From Ruditapes philippinarum (lineage: Eukaryota): a DNA stretch of 64,000 bases. The stretch is taken from positions 1 to 64,000 of the forward strand of contig NW_026858491.1 in NCBI RefSeq assembly GCF_026571515.1, written 5' to 3'. Each line of letters starts with the position of its first letter. Position 1 is the first letter of the stretch. The position numbers and the translations under genes were made by a program. The notes beneath the pieces are model-generated. The model was given only the letters and a program-made list of their open reading frames with translations, did not search any database and had not been told where the DNA came from. Below are positions 54,602-64,000 of this stretch, piece by piece.

Positions 54602-56099
54602 TTACACCATAGCGATATCTGAAGATAGAATGCAAAACAATATGTAAATGATCAGTTTGCCTAAAATCTGAACATGATACGATCGAATTTACTTAAAACA
54701 ATGAAATAGGACTTGTTTAAAAACAAATTGGTTTGTCAGGGAATTTGAAATTATTCATAAATAATTACAACCGTAAAATCGAAAGAATTTTCATATAGTA
54801 AATAAAAAAAAGTCAGGTAAAATATCGTACCAGTTATTAATAGTAATACTATGTAAAGTATCAGTTAGATAGTTTATTGACCCACTTACCAAAGCGAAAT
54901 CCTAATGCTGCACCAACTATGTCATTCAAGGTGTTGTAGCCGTTGATAGCGTATCCACCACAGCCGCCCATGTGCATCTCAAACTGGTAGAAGTAATTAC
55001 ATGGAAGATATTTCGAAGCTTTTTTACCCACATCGATCCAATCACTCATTAGTTTAGTATAGCAACATCGCTTGTAATAACCATTTGGATCGTTGTTGTT
55101 AGGATTGACAAAGAAAGCCAAGTAGCTATTTGGATTTGAATCACAGTTTGTGAAAGTGTAGTCGACATCGTTGGCTCTGTATCCCTGTTTAGTTTTGCTT
55201 CTAGCAATAGATGCTGGTAAGAATCCAAGATATATGTAAGGACCCATTGTTGCATGATTTAAGGGTCTGGCATAACCAACATTTGAATTGTACTGCACAT
55301 TAAGTGGTACAGAAGAATGTGAAGAGATCTGCTTCATTACAGTATCATACTGGTGACCATTTGCGCGCAGATGCCTTACTAACACTTGGGAATGAGATTG
55401 TCCAAGACGTCCGAAATCGGCCTTTGCAGCGTCTTCTTTGGATATAAATGTGTAGCCATAGTTTCCGTGAAATTCGCAAAACACTTTGTATTGCTCGCCA
55501 CGGCTATTGTAGAACGAATATTCCCCACTTTTCCTTTCATCAAGTTTCAAATCCTCACATGAACAGGAAGCTTTTAATAGACAAAATATCATCATTTTGA
55601 TAGCTTCTCTTAATTTGAATTAGGCACAATGCATTTAAGACTGTCTAAACTGTACATAGTAGTGTAAGATATATATAAAAAAGTAATAACATATTGTTGA
55701 CATATTTAGCGATAAGTGAAAGTCGATTTTTAATATGGAGGTTATGTCAATTTCAGTTTATATATATTTTACTTATAGTCTATATCTTTATAAAACAGAA
55801 CGTTATGTAAATGAATAAAGAAATAAAAAATAACAACTTAACATGACGGGGTATGGATTTCATACTGTAAAACATGTATTGCTACTTTAATGACTAGATA
55901 ACAATCCTTAAAGCAAGTCCAAAACGGCAAAATTGAAAATGTTGCAGGCTCGGGTTAGCCTTAATGTTCCTTTTTATTTATTTTATAGCAATGCATCAAA
56001 ATAAATATCAATTGCCTAAAAATAAATGAAGAAATTACCTTCGTCTGAGACAGAATAGCCGAATAGAAGGACGAGTGTTGCACAAACTGTCACTTTCAT
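54602..56099 (-). CDS. Secreted uncharacterised-domain protein, copy D (~252 aa)
   Basis: Exons 56099-56039 (signal MKVTVCATLVLLFGYSVSDE), 55570-54890 (681 nt, phase 1-1) and 54618-54602 (DIAMV*). GT-AG sites and an open frame throughout. Confidence 0.9.
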
Positions 56100-58197
56100 T
56101 GTGTATTCTTCACGTCTTTTTAAATCTACAATACAATTTTATTTTTAAATTATAAACCTGCAAATAAATGTCTATTCCACGTCAACAACATTCAACAAAA
56201 AATTATGTTACCTGACAAAATAATGTCATTTTGAAATCAAATATGTAAATTTTATTTTACGTTGCAAAATCTTGTTTATGTTAAAATAATATACATTATA
56301 TTTGTCTTAGCTAGAAATTTTGTCAAAACACGTGTTATGCTGGATAAAATGAAAATAACAATTATATAATACTAACATGCAACGACTGATATAAATCATT
56401 TATGGATGCACTTCATGTAAAAAATATAATAAATTTACACATTGACTCTGACACAAATGTTTTCACAGATTTTTATATACAGTAATATCAATTATTTACG
56501 CAAGTATAATATCATAAATGTATCATATTTCCCTGGTGCTTTCTAAAAACTATCGTGAGCTTTTTAGCATGAATAAAAATTATAATAATAATAATGATAA
56601 TCAATATAAACAAGTTTGATACTTGTTGAACATGAGTTTTGCTTTGTAAGAATCAGTTAAGTTGAAAAATACTTACACACATGTAATATCCTTATTGAAT
56701 ATAGTTTTTGGTAGGTTTTCACGTTGCTTAAATAGTTATGATAAGCCGTATGTTTACAATAAGAACCAATGAAAACATGATTATTCTTTGCAGTGATAAT
56801 TAGCTCACCTGAACAATAAAATGGTTGTGTTATAATAGGCGAGGAAGTGTATGGTGGTGGTGGTGCGCTTGTACTATAGCATCTGTCTAAGATGAAGCAT
56901 CTATTTATTGTAAAACATCCTTGTGACAATTTGAATTATGATTTTATTATTATACCATTAAGCCTCTTATCGTCTCCTAAAACTTGAAAAAAGTTTCAAT
57001 AATTTCATTAACCGATGAATAGGCCACTGAAAAACTGAATCTGTATCATCCCTTTGTAGTTTGATTTCAAGTTTGGTTGTTTGGTTGAACCATTACAATA
57101 GCTACTGTAACAGATTTTACTACAACATACCTCTCCTAATGAATTAAGCGAATGTTCATCACCAGCTCAAATCATACTTAGAGAGACTTCTAATAGAATA
57201 AGATCATTATACAAGTTATAAGAAACATCAATAAATTTCTATATTTTCCGTAAATCTGGGAATGGATTAAATAAGTCTAAACTGAACTCTAATAGACGTG
57301 GTAAACGAACTTAATTGGTTTGTTTATTTTGTCCCTAGAGCTAACAAGTGACCATTGTTTTTATCATTCTTTTCATCTGAAATAAATGCATGCGCGTAAA
57401 ATATATTCCCCTTTCATAGGCGTAAAAAGTGTTCATCTATACGAAATCATGTAAAATAAAAAAAATCATCTTCAGATACTTTTTCTTTAAATATCTTTGC
57501 TAATACCTTGCAAAAATATGTCCATGACATACCAACCGATGTCCCCATTTACCAAGCTTTATACTTCAAACTGTGACCGTTATTTATATTTGCATAAGTA
57601 AAACAATCACCATGTTTGTCAAAAGTTCTCAGGTGAGTGTTGTAGGGCCAAGATCGCATTCTTTTGTTTTTAATTTCATGTTGACAAAAATATTTACCAT
57701 TTAACAGATGAATAATTAATAACGTTACAGTCATTACCATAATATCCTGTTTGTGGTGTTAAAAAGTGTATTGATGTTTTTTGTTTAATTCGTATTATAA
57801 CGTACGTCGTAAATTCTTGGAAGACGTCTGTTTCTTTTTATTTTTAAAAGAACAACAAATAAGATATATATTTGGTATCATAATGTGCAAAAATGTAATG
57901 GCTACAAAATGTCTTTCTTTTAATCAAAGCATTGATTTACGTTTCCCTAACCACGTTGATTTACGTTTGACCATCTACTTAAAAGATAAGAGCTGCACAT
58001 AGATAATTTGTAACAGCCTTTTGATTAAGACTTAAATTACAATTTGATGAAAACTTGGTCTACAAAAGAAAACAAGATAACCTTTTACTTAATGCACACG
58101 TTTTTTCTACCATGACTCTTTATTATTTACCATTTAGCTTCATCTAAAATAATAGACGGTGTACAGATGTTTACAGAGATATGTTTACGCTAAATCA

Positions 58198-59819
58198 CAC
58201 AGCTGTCCTGTATCTAGGCAGTCCAAAGTTGGTAAATATTTCTTTGAAGAAAGGATGGTTAGTGTTTTTTTTTGTGATCGTATCTGTCTGCAAACTGTTA
58301 CATACTGAGTTAGCAAAATCTTAAATAACAAAATGTAAAAAGTGTTAAATTAAATAAGCCAAAAATGCAAATAACAAAGTTTATATAAGTACGTGTTTAA
58401 CGATTACACTCAACTTGTAGGTTGAAGTTTTACAAATAATAAAAACTGTAACAAATTAAGTTTACATAATAAACTTGCAATATTTTTATATTATTAGTGA
58501 TTCCATTTAATATAGTGGGTGTAATGAATTACAGATATACAAAATGTAAATACAATATACATGCATTTCAGCAATAAGTGTATAATGTCATGGTTGTGAT
58601 CTAAATATAAACACTATAACAATATACAAATATGTTTAATAGATATAACGGATCATTACTGATTTGTTTCACCACACAGTGTATCCCTATGTTTACTTAT
58701 TTGCATTAAAATATGAAAACAAAGATCAACAAGGAGAAGTGGCATTCAATGAACGCATCCTCTTATACAGCACAGAAAATAATTTCATTTGTAAAAGGTG
58801 AATTATAAATTGTTACCCTTCTATTACATTTAACAATCTTATTTTCTTTTCGGCTAGTTGGGACATATGCACAGTAATTAGACAATTAGACAAATTCAAT
58901 TGCCACATGACCATCAATGTGTGTATATTAAAAATTAATGTATCATCTTGGATAAATGAGCCGTGCCATGACAAAACCAACATAGTGCGTTTGCGACCAG
59001 CATGGATCCACAGCTGTCCTGTATCTAGGCAGTCCAAAGTTGGTAAATATTTCTTTGAAGAAAGGATGGTTAGTGTTTTTTTTGTGATCGTATCTGTCTG
59101 CAAACTGTTACATACTGAGTTAGCAAAACCTTAAATAACAAAATGTAAAAAGTGTTAAATTAAATAAGCCAAAAATGCAAATAACAAAGTTTATATAAGT
59201 ACGTGTTTAACGATTACACTCAACTTGTAGGTTATGTTTTACAAATAATAAAAACTGTAACAAATTAAGTTTACATAATAAACTTGCAATATTTTTATAT
59301 TATTAGTGATTCCATTTAATATAGTTGGTGTAATGAATTACAGATATACAAAATGTAAATACAATATACATGCATTTCAGCAATGAGTGTATAATGTCAT
59401 GGTTGTGATCTAAATATAAACACTATAACAATATACAAATATGTTTAATAGATATAACGGATCATTACTGATTTGTTTCACCACACAGTGTATCCCTATG
59501 TTTACTTATTTGCATTAAAATATGAAAACAAAGATCAACAAGGAGAAGTGGCATTCAATGAACGCATCCTCTTATACAGCACAGAAAATAATTTCATTTG
59601 TAAAAGGTGAATTATAAATTGTTACCCTTCTATTACATTTAACAATCTTATTTTCTTTTCGGCTAGTTGGGACATATGCACAGTAATTAGACAATTAGAC
59701 AAATTCAATTGCCACATGACCATCAATGTGTGTATATTAAAAATTAATGTATCATCTTGGATAAATGAGCCGTGCCATGACAAAACCAACATAGTGCGTT
59801 TGCGACCAGCATGGATCCA
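58198..59819. repeat. Near-identical ~810-bp tandem duplication
   Basis: 58198-59010 is repeated at 59009-59819 with only a handful of differences; junction GGATCCA/CAGCTG. Confidence 0.95.
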
Positions 59820-59957
59820 GACCAGCCTGCGCATCCGCGCATTCTGATCAGGATCCATGCTGTTCGCTATCAGTTTCTCTACTTGTAATAGGGTTGGTAA
59901 GCGAACAGCATGAATCCTGACCAGACTATTATGTTGGTTTTGTCGTGACGCGGCTCA
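59766..59957. mobile_element. MITE with ~28-bp TIRs (truncated copy at ~58957-59010)
   Basis: TGAGCCGTGCCATGACAAAACCAACATA / TATGTTGGTTTTGTCGTGACGCGGCTCA, with internal CAGCATGGATCC / GGATCCATGCTG palindromic repeats. Confidence 0.85.
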
Positions 59958-61783
59958 AATTATGTTTTATTTGTCTTTCTACAATATTGAGTCATATACA
60001 AACCGGTTGACTTCGTCAATTATTACGTATTTTGCAAGTCTTTAAAATACATGTATATACCTTTCTGAAAACAAAACAAACAAACGAAATGACACCGTTC
60101 TGGTCCCGACTTCCTTTTTAAAATCACGTGAATTAGTAGGTTTTTGGATGGATCGACTTTCATTTGTTTGCCTCTCGTTAGTATTACAAGCTCAACATTC
60201 ACAATGAATTAGCTTCCTTAAATGTTTACTCCAAATAATAAAGGAAGAGTTTCACATCTAACAAACAAGCTAGAATGGGTAAGATTAATGCTGTTTACTT
60301 ATTGGTCAAAAGTTGACAGTATGGGCTTATTGTTCTTCAATCAAACACAAAACCTTACATTGTAGTATATCAGTAACTAATTTACATATAGTCGAACCAT
60401 ATGCCCGTATAAGGAAATTATTTAAAGTGATATATACATTTTGAAATCGTATAAATTCACACTGAGTCTGTGGGAATTGTGCAAACCATTTGAAGTTGAA
60501 AAAAGACTTGTAAGTTATTTCTTTTTTCCTTTTTTCTTTTTTTCTTTTGATGTTTTTATTTCTTATTTTTTGTTGTTGTTTATGGCAATTTAATAACACA
60601 TGTACATGTTGGTCTGTTGCATATCCTTTAATAGGTCAATTTAATCGGTTTCACCAAACGCCATAGACGACCACCTAGTAAAGATAGTTAATGATCAATT
60701 CATTGGTTCATTAGAAGAAGAAGGTTATGTTTGTAAGGCTTTTGTTATGCGCTAAATTTAGAGTTCTACTGAAGGTGGATTGAATCTCAACACAATGTTC
60801 CGTTTTATATTTTAATGTTTCTTTCTTAGTGGAATACCACAGATAATATATAACATATACACAGGTTATCCTGATGTTTACAAATTAATATTAAAACAGT
60901 AACAATTATTTCTAGTGGAAAGCCACAATACAATGTTATCACTTGGAAATCCAAAATCTAACTGTTCTAAATTTTCTACATGTATCTTTACAATAATTCT
61001 AAAATTGATTTCGTTTTAACTGACCAATAGAATTTTAACATTTTTGTGTCTTAAATAACAAAATGACCAATCAGGTTTCAATACAAATAATGTAACATAG
61101 CAACATAGAATTTATAACAACAATCATCACCTGGATATTTTATCAGTCATAAGGTTTAACAACATGATAAGTACAGACAGCTTAATTGACCTTATCACCT
61201 ATATATTATAAAACTTTTAGCACAGTTGATTGGACAAAGAGGAAAAACCGCATTTTAATCTTCCAGTTACATAATTTTAAATTTGACATCTGTTATTGAA
61301 ACATATACTATTTGTAACTTAACATATTTGAAATTTCACAAATTTTGTCTTGAAAATATGACTTTTTAGAAAATGATCATATATATAAATATTTGTGTTT
61401 AAAAGAAAATCATCATGCATATTTATTCCTTTTTTTTTGTAAATGAATTTTATCATTTTTCGGCTGCACAACACTTCTCCCTCCTTTAAGACTATTTCAC
61501 TCCTGTGAAATGAAGCATAAATACTATATAACAAAAATAAATATCATTAAATTAGAATACTGTTTACATAAGATATTCAGTTACAGAAATATATACTTGA
61601 ATATAAAGCACCGATTTGCTGAAAAGCGTAAGTACCATTCACTAATAATAAATATTCTAATCACTGTCTTATTGTAAACAACACAGTTTTAATGACGTCT
61701 ATTTCTGTTGTATTGCCCCCTCTGTCCTTGTTGTCTTCCATCATGATATTGACCTCTCCATTCATGTAGGAACCCGGTTTCGC

Positions 61784-63220
61784 ATGTACTTGAAAGATCA
61801 AAATAAATATTATTGGCCACATATGTACCAGGAAATACTAGATTTTGTTAAATCATGTGACATATGTCAAAGAGCAAAACATACTACACATCAGGTAAGT
61901 ACTCCTCTTAATCCTTTACCTGTAGTAAATGTTTTTGAACGAATGCACCTAGATATCATAGGGCCACTTCACAAAACAACTGATGGATTTGAATATATAC
62001 TTGTCTGTGTAGACAGTTTCTCAAGGTGGGTAGAGGCATTTGCATTAACTAACCAATCTGCTGCAGAAATAGCAAGGGTGTTACATAATGAAATATTTTG
62101 TCGTTATGGGGCACCAGTGTCTATTGTTACAGATAGAGGACAAAATTTCCTCTCCAAACTCATAAATGCAGTATGTGAAATTTACAATGTCACAAGACAC
62201 CGCACAGCTAGTTACAATCCAAAGGCAAATGGATGTTGTGAAAGGCAAAATGCCACAATTATCCAGACATTACGTATGTATATCGATAAAGATCAAAAGA
62301 ACTGGAACATGTTTTTACCAATAGTATTGCAAGCTCTTAGGTCATCACCAAACATTGAAACTTCAGGGTTTAGCCCCTATAAAATGATGTTTGGAGGTGA
62401 AATGAGACTCCCTATGGATGTAAATCTAATACCAAGAGAAACATTAGGAACGGAAGCTAAGCAACATATACAATCCTTGTTGCAAAGACTGAAGGTAATA
62501 CATAATATTGCGAAACAAAACACTGAAACTACTCAGCAAGAATCTAAGGTAAGGCATGATTTAAAAGCTCAACCCTCTGATTTCAGACTTTTAGAACAAG
62601 TATTATTGAAAATTAACAAACATACTCCAGGTCTTACATCTAAACTAGAGTATAAATGGAAAGGTCCTTATTACATAAGACAAAAAGTATCTCCAGATAC
62701 ATACAGAATTGCAGAAAGTAATACACATCAACTTCATAGAGCACCAGTAAATGCAAAAGACTTAAAAAGGTACAATGATCCAGACAACTTTAGGTTTCAA
62801 AGTGATGATGAGCAAATAATTGATGCACAATCCAGTTCTACTGACTATAATGATCAGTTAAATAACCCAGATCAAGGTAATGTAACAAATAACAATGACA
62901 ATAATCAAGATGACCAAACACAAACCCCAAGAAATCAGGTAAGTGACCAAAATAAACAATTAAATGTTTCAAGGGAAAAATCTCCTACACCAACTACTTC
63001 AAACAATAATGATGGGGTATGGTACAAAGCAAATAGAATTTTGAAATTAAGAATAAGAAATGGTATGAAAGAATACCTTATTGAATGGAGCAACAAAAAG
63101 TATAAGCCTACTTGGCAAACAGATGAAAATGTTAGTGAAGAACTGAAACGTTTATTCTATGTTCGATACACTAAAAGTGGAAAGAAAAGAAAAAGACAGT
63201 ACAGATATTTCAATACATAA
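61784..63220 (+). CDS. Ty3/Gypsy retrotransposon integrase with GPY motif and C-terminal chromodomain (pol 3' part)
   Basis: YYWP..CDICQ zinc-finger half; DDE core (HLD, VTDRG, NGCCERQN); KWKGPY; an N/Q/D-rich linker; chromodomain-like WYKANRIL..R...GMKEYLIEW......TWQTDENV. Confidence 0.92.
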   Translation: MYLKDQNKYYWPHMYQEILDFVKSCDICQRAKHTTHQVSTPLNPLPVVNVFERMHLDIIGPLHKTTDGFEYILVCVDSFSRWVEAFALTNQSAAEIARVLHNEIFCRYGAPVSIVTDRGQNFLSKLINAVCEIYNVTRHRTASYNPKANGCCERQNATIIQTLRMYIDKDQKNWNMFLPIVLQALRSSPNIETSGFSPYKMMFGGEMRLPMDVNLIPRETLGTEAKQHIQSLLQRLKVIHNIAKQNTETTQQESKVRHDLKAQPSDFRLLEQVLLKINKHTPGLTSKLEYKWKGPYYIRQKVSPDTYRIAESNTHQLHRAPVNAKDLKRYNDPDNFRFQSDDEQIIDAQSSSTDYNDQLNNPDQGNVTNNNDNNQDDQTQTPRNQVSDQNKQLNVSREKSPTPTTSNNNDGVWYKANRILKLRIRNGMKEYLIEWSNKKYKPTWQTDENVSEELKRLFYVRYTKSGKKRKRQYRYFNT

Positions 63221-63577
63221 GTAATACATGTACTTAGGTTCAAACCCTATTGAGTTGTTATGTTCTTAGACACTTATAGTATTTCAAGTTCTTCAGGTTG
63301 TTGACTTGTGTACTTGGCACATGGTATTTAAATTCTTTTTCTTGAATATAGTTCAGGTCTGTGTTATAAGATGGCAAAAATTAGTGCAGGATGGTTAGGA
63401 TCACTATCTTTTGAACTGAATATGACTGTATATGTGATGACTGAATGTGTGCATTGAATGAATGGTCTTTTTTTTCTTTCTCTTTTTACTTCAAATATTT
63501 AGTTCAAAGGTTAGGCAGATAAAACTGATCACTTTGTTTGTCCCTTTAGTGATTCTTTTCATTTCCTTGTATTCTAG

Positions 63578-64000
63578 TTGCTTCCATTGTCCTGATGCTG
63601 ACCTTGAGCATGATACTATGTAGTCCATCGGTGTCTGGAAAGAAGGTCTCTGACTTGCAACGTTTGAATTATGGGGTTGTATTTGAACCAGTGGATAACT
63701 TGCAGTTGGCAGAAGAGTCATGGATTCATACATTTGAAATTATATTACCAAAAACAGCTAATTTGTTCAGTATTTTTGGTTGTAATAGAAACAAAAAGTT
63801 TTGTGATTTAGTAAATGAAATGTTAGTGGAGATTAATCAAATCCGACAGAGTACAGAAGTTATGATAAATGGTACAATTGCTACTATTAATAAATTGTTG
63901 CCTGAAAAGAAAATTTCAATTAAAAGTAGAAGTAAGCGTGCCATTTTACCTTTTATTGGAAGTCTCTCAAGATCAATATTTGGCACAGCTACAGTAAAAG
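63578..64000 (+). CDS. env: Envelope (env) glycoprotein N-terminus, baculovirus-F/errantivirus-like; runs off the window
   Basis: Frame +1 is open from 63553 to the end: ASIVLMLTLSMILCSPSVSG (signal-like) KKVSDLQRLNYGVVFEPVDNLQLAEESWIHTFEI...C......C...NGT...KSRSKR|AILPFIGSLSRSIFGTATVK. Furin site at 63928-63939. Polypyrimidine tract + TAG acceptor ends at 63577. Confidence 0.82.

Larger units (their letters stand above)
49440..57900. repeat. Tandem duplication unit D (~8 kb period); homologous to 45020-49230 and 553-10712, with a further unit starting at ~57520
   Basis: 45021-45170 matches 51478-51610, 48300-49230 matches 56190-56880, and 57520-57860 matches both 49498-49870 and 612-970. 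Confidence 0.8.
61661..64000 (+). mobile_element. env-bearing Ty3/Gypsy (errantivirus-like) element, 5'-truncated within the window and continuing past its end
   Basis: Integrase-chromodomain ORF followed ~360 bp later on the same strand by an env-like ORF. No RT or gag recognisable upstream. Confidence 0.8.

Noticed and set aside
55769-55785. Conserved candidate micro-exon (TAG|ACTATAA|GTAAA on the minus strand) in intron 1 of copies A, C and D
   Set aside because: A 7-nt exon would break the frame between the phase-1 flanking exons. Conservation is explained by recent duplication, and RNA-seq would be needed to revive the idea.
58813-59858. Duplicated ORFs 58813-59103 and 59622-59858
   Set aside because: They are chance frames through a MITE and the tandem duplication, not protein-like.
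63491-63733. 80-aa minus-strand ORF, and other shadow ORFs such as 4482-4895, 9927-10133, 46721-46927 and 55049-55255
   Set aside because: They are antisense or alternative-frame shadows of real coding sequence with no independent features.

Overview
AT-rich eukaryotic genomic DNA with GT-AG introns. The repeat families and gene architectures suggest a bivalve mollusc; this is inference, not verified. (1) There are four paralogues of a secreted protein built on a ~227-aa cysteine-containing domain that I cannot assign to a named family. Two are intact signal-peptide+domain genes on the minus strand (46225-48120, 54602-56099). One is an intact plus-strand gene with Cys-rich/EGF modules ahead of the same domain (38126-42797). 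One is a 5'-truncated pseudogene (~9495-10444). The domain is always a single phase-1/phase-1 exon, and its termini resemble the fibrinogen-like/intelectin fold. (2) There is a disrupted multi-exon SP-Ly6/uPAR-ShK-3xTSP1-fibrinogen-domain gene (23502-31712) with a piggyBac-type insertion inside an exon, plus a decayed QPD-type C-type lectin. (3) Segmental/tandem duplications carry reciprocal insertions: an internally deleted BEL/Pao LTR element (3089-8192) and a 1.8-kb solo LTR (51893-53699). (4) At the right end is a Ty3/Gypsy integrase with GPY and chromodomain motifs, followed by an open frame missing from the ORF track. That frame encodes a signal peptide, an RSKR furin site and a fusion-peptide-like segment, i.e. 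an errantivirus-like F-type env running off the window. (5) Helentron-type arrays, MITEs, SINEs and long hairpin elements are scattered throughout. Exon coordinates were read by hand, and some homopolymer frameshifts could be assembly errors.
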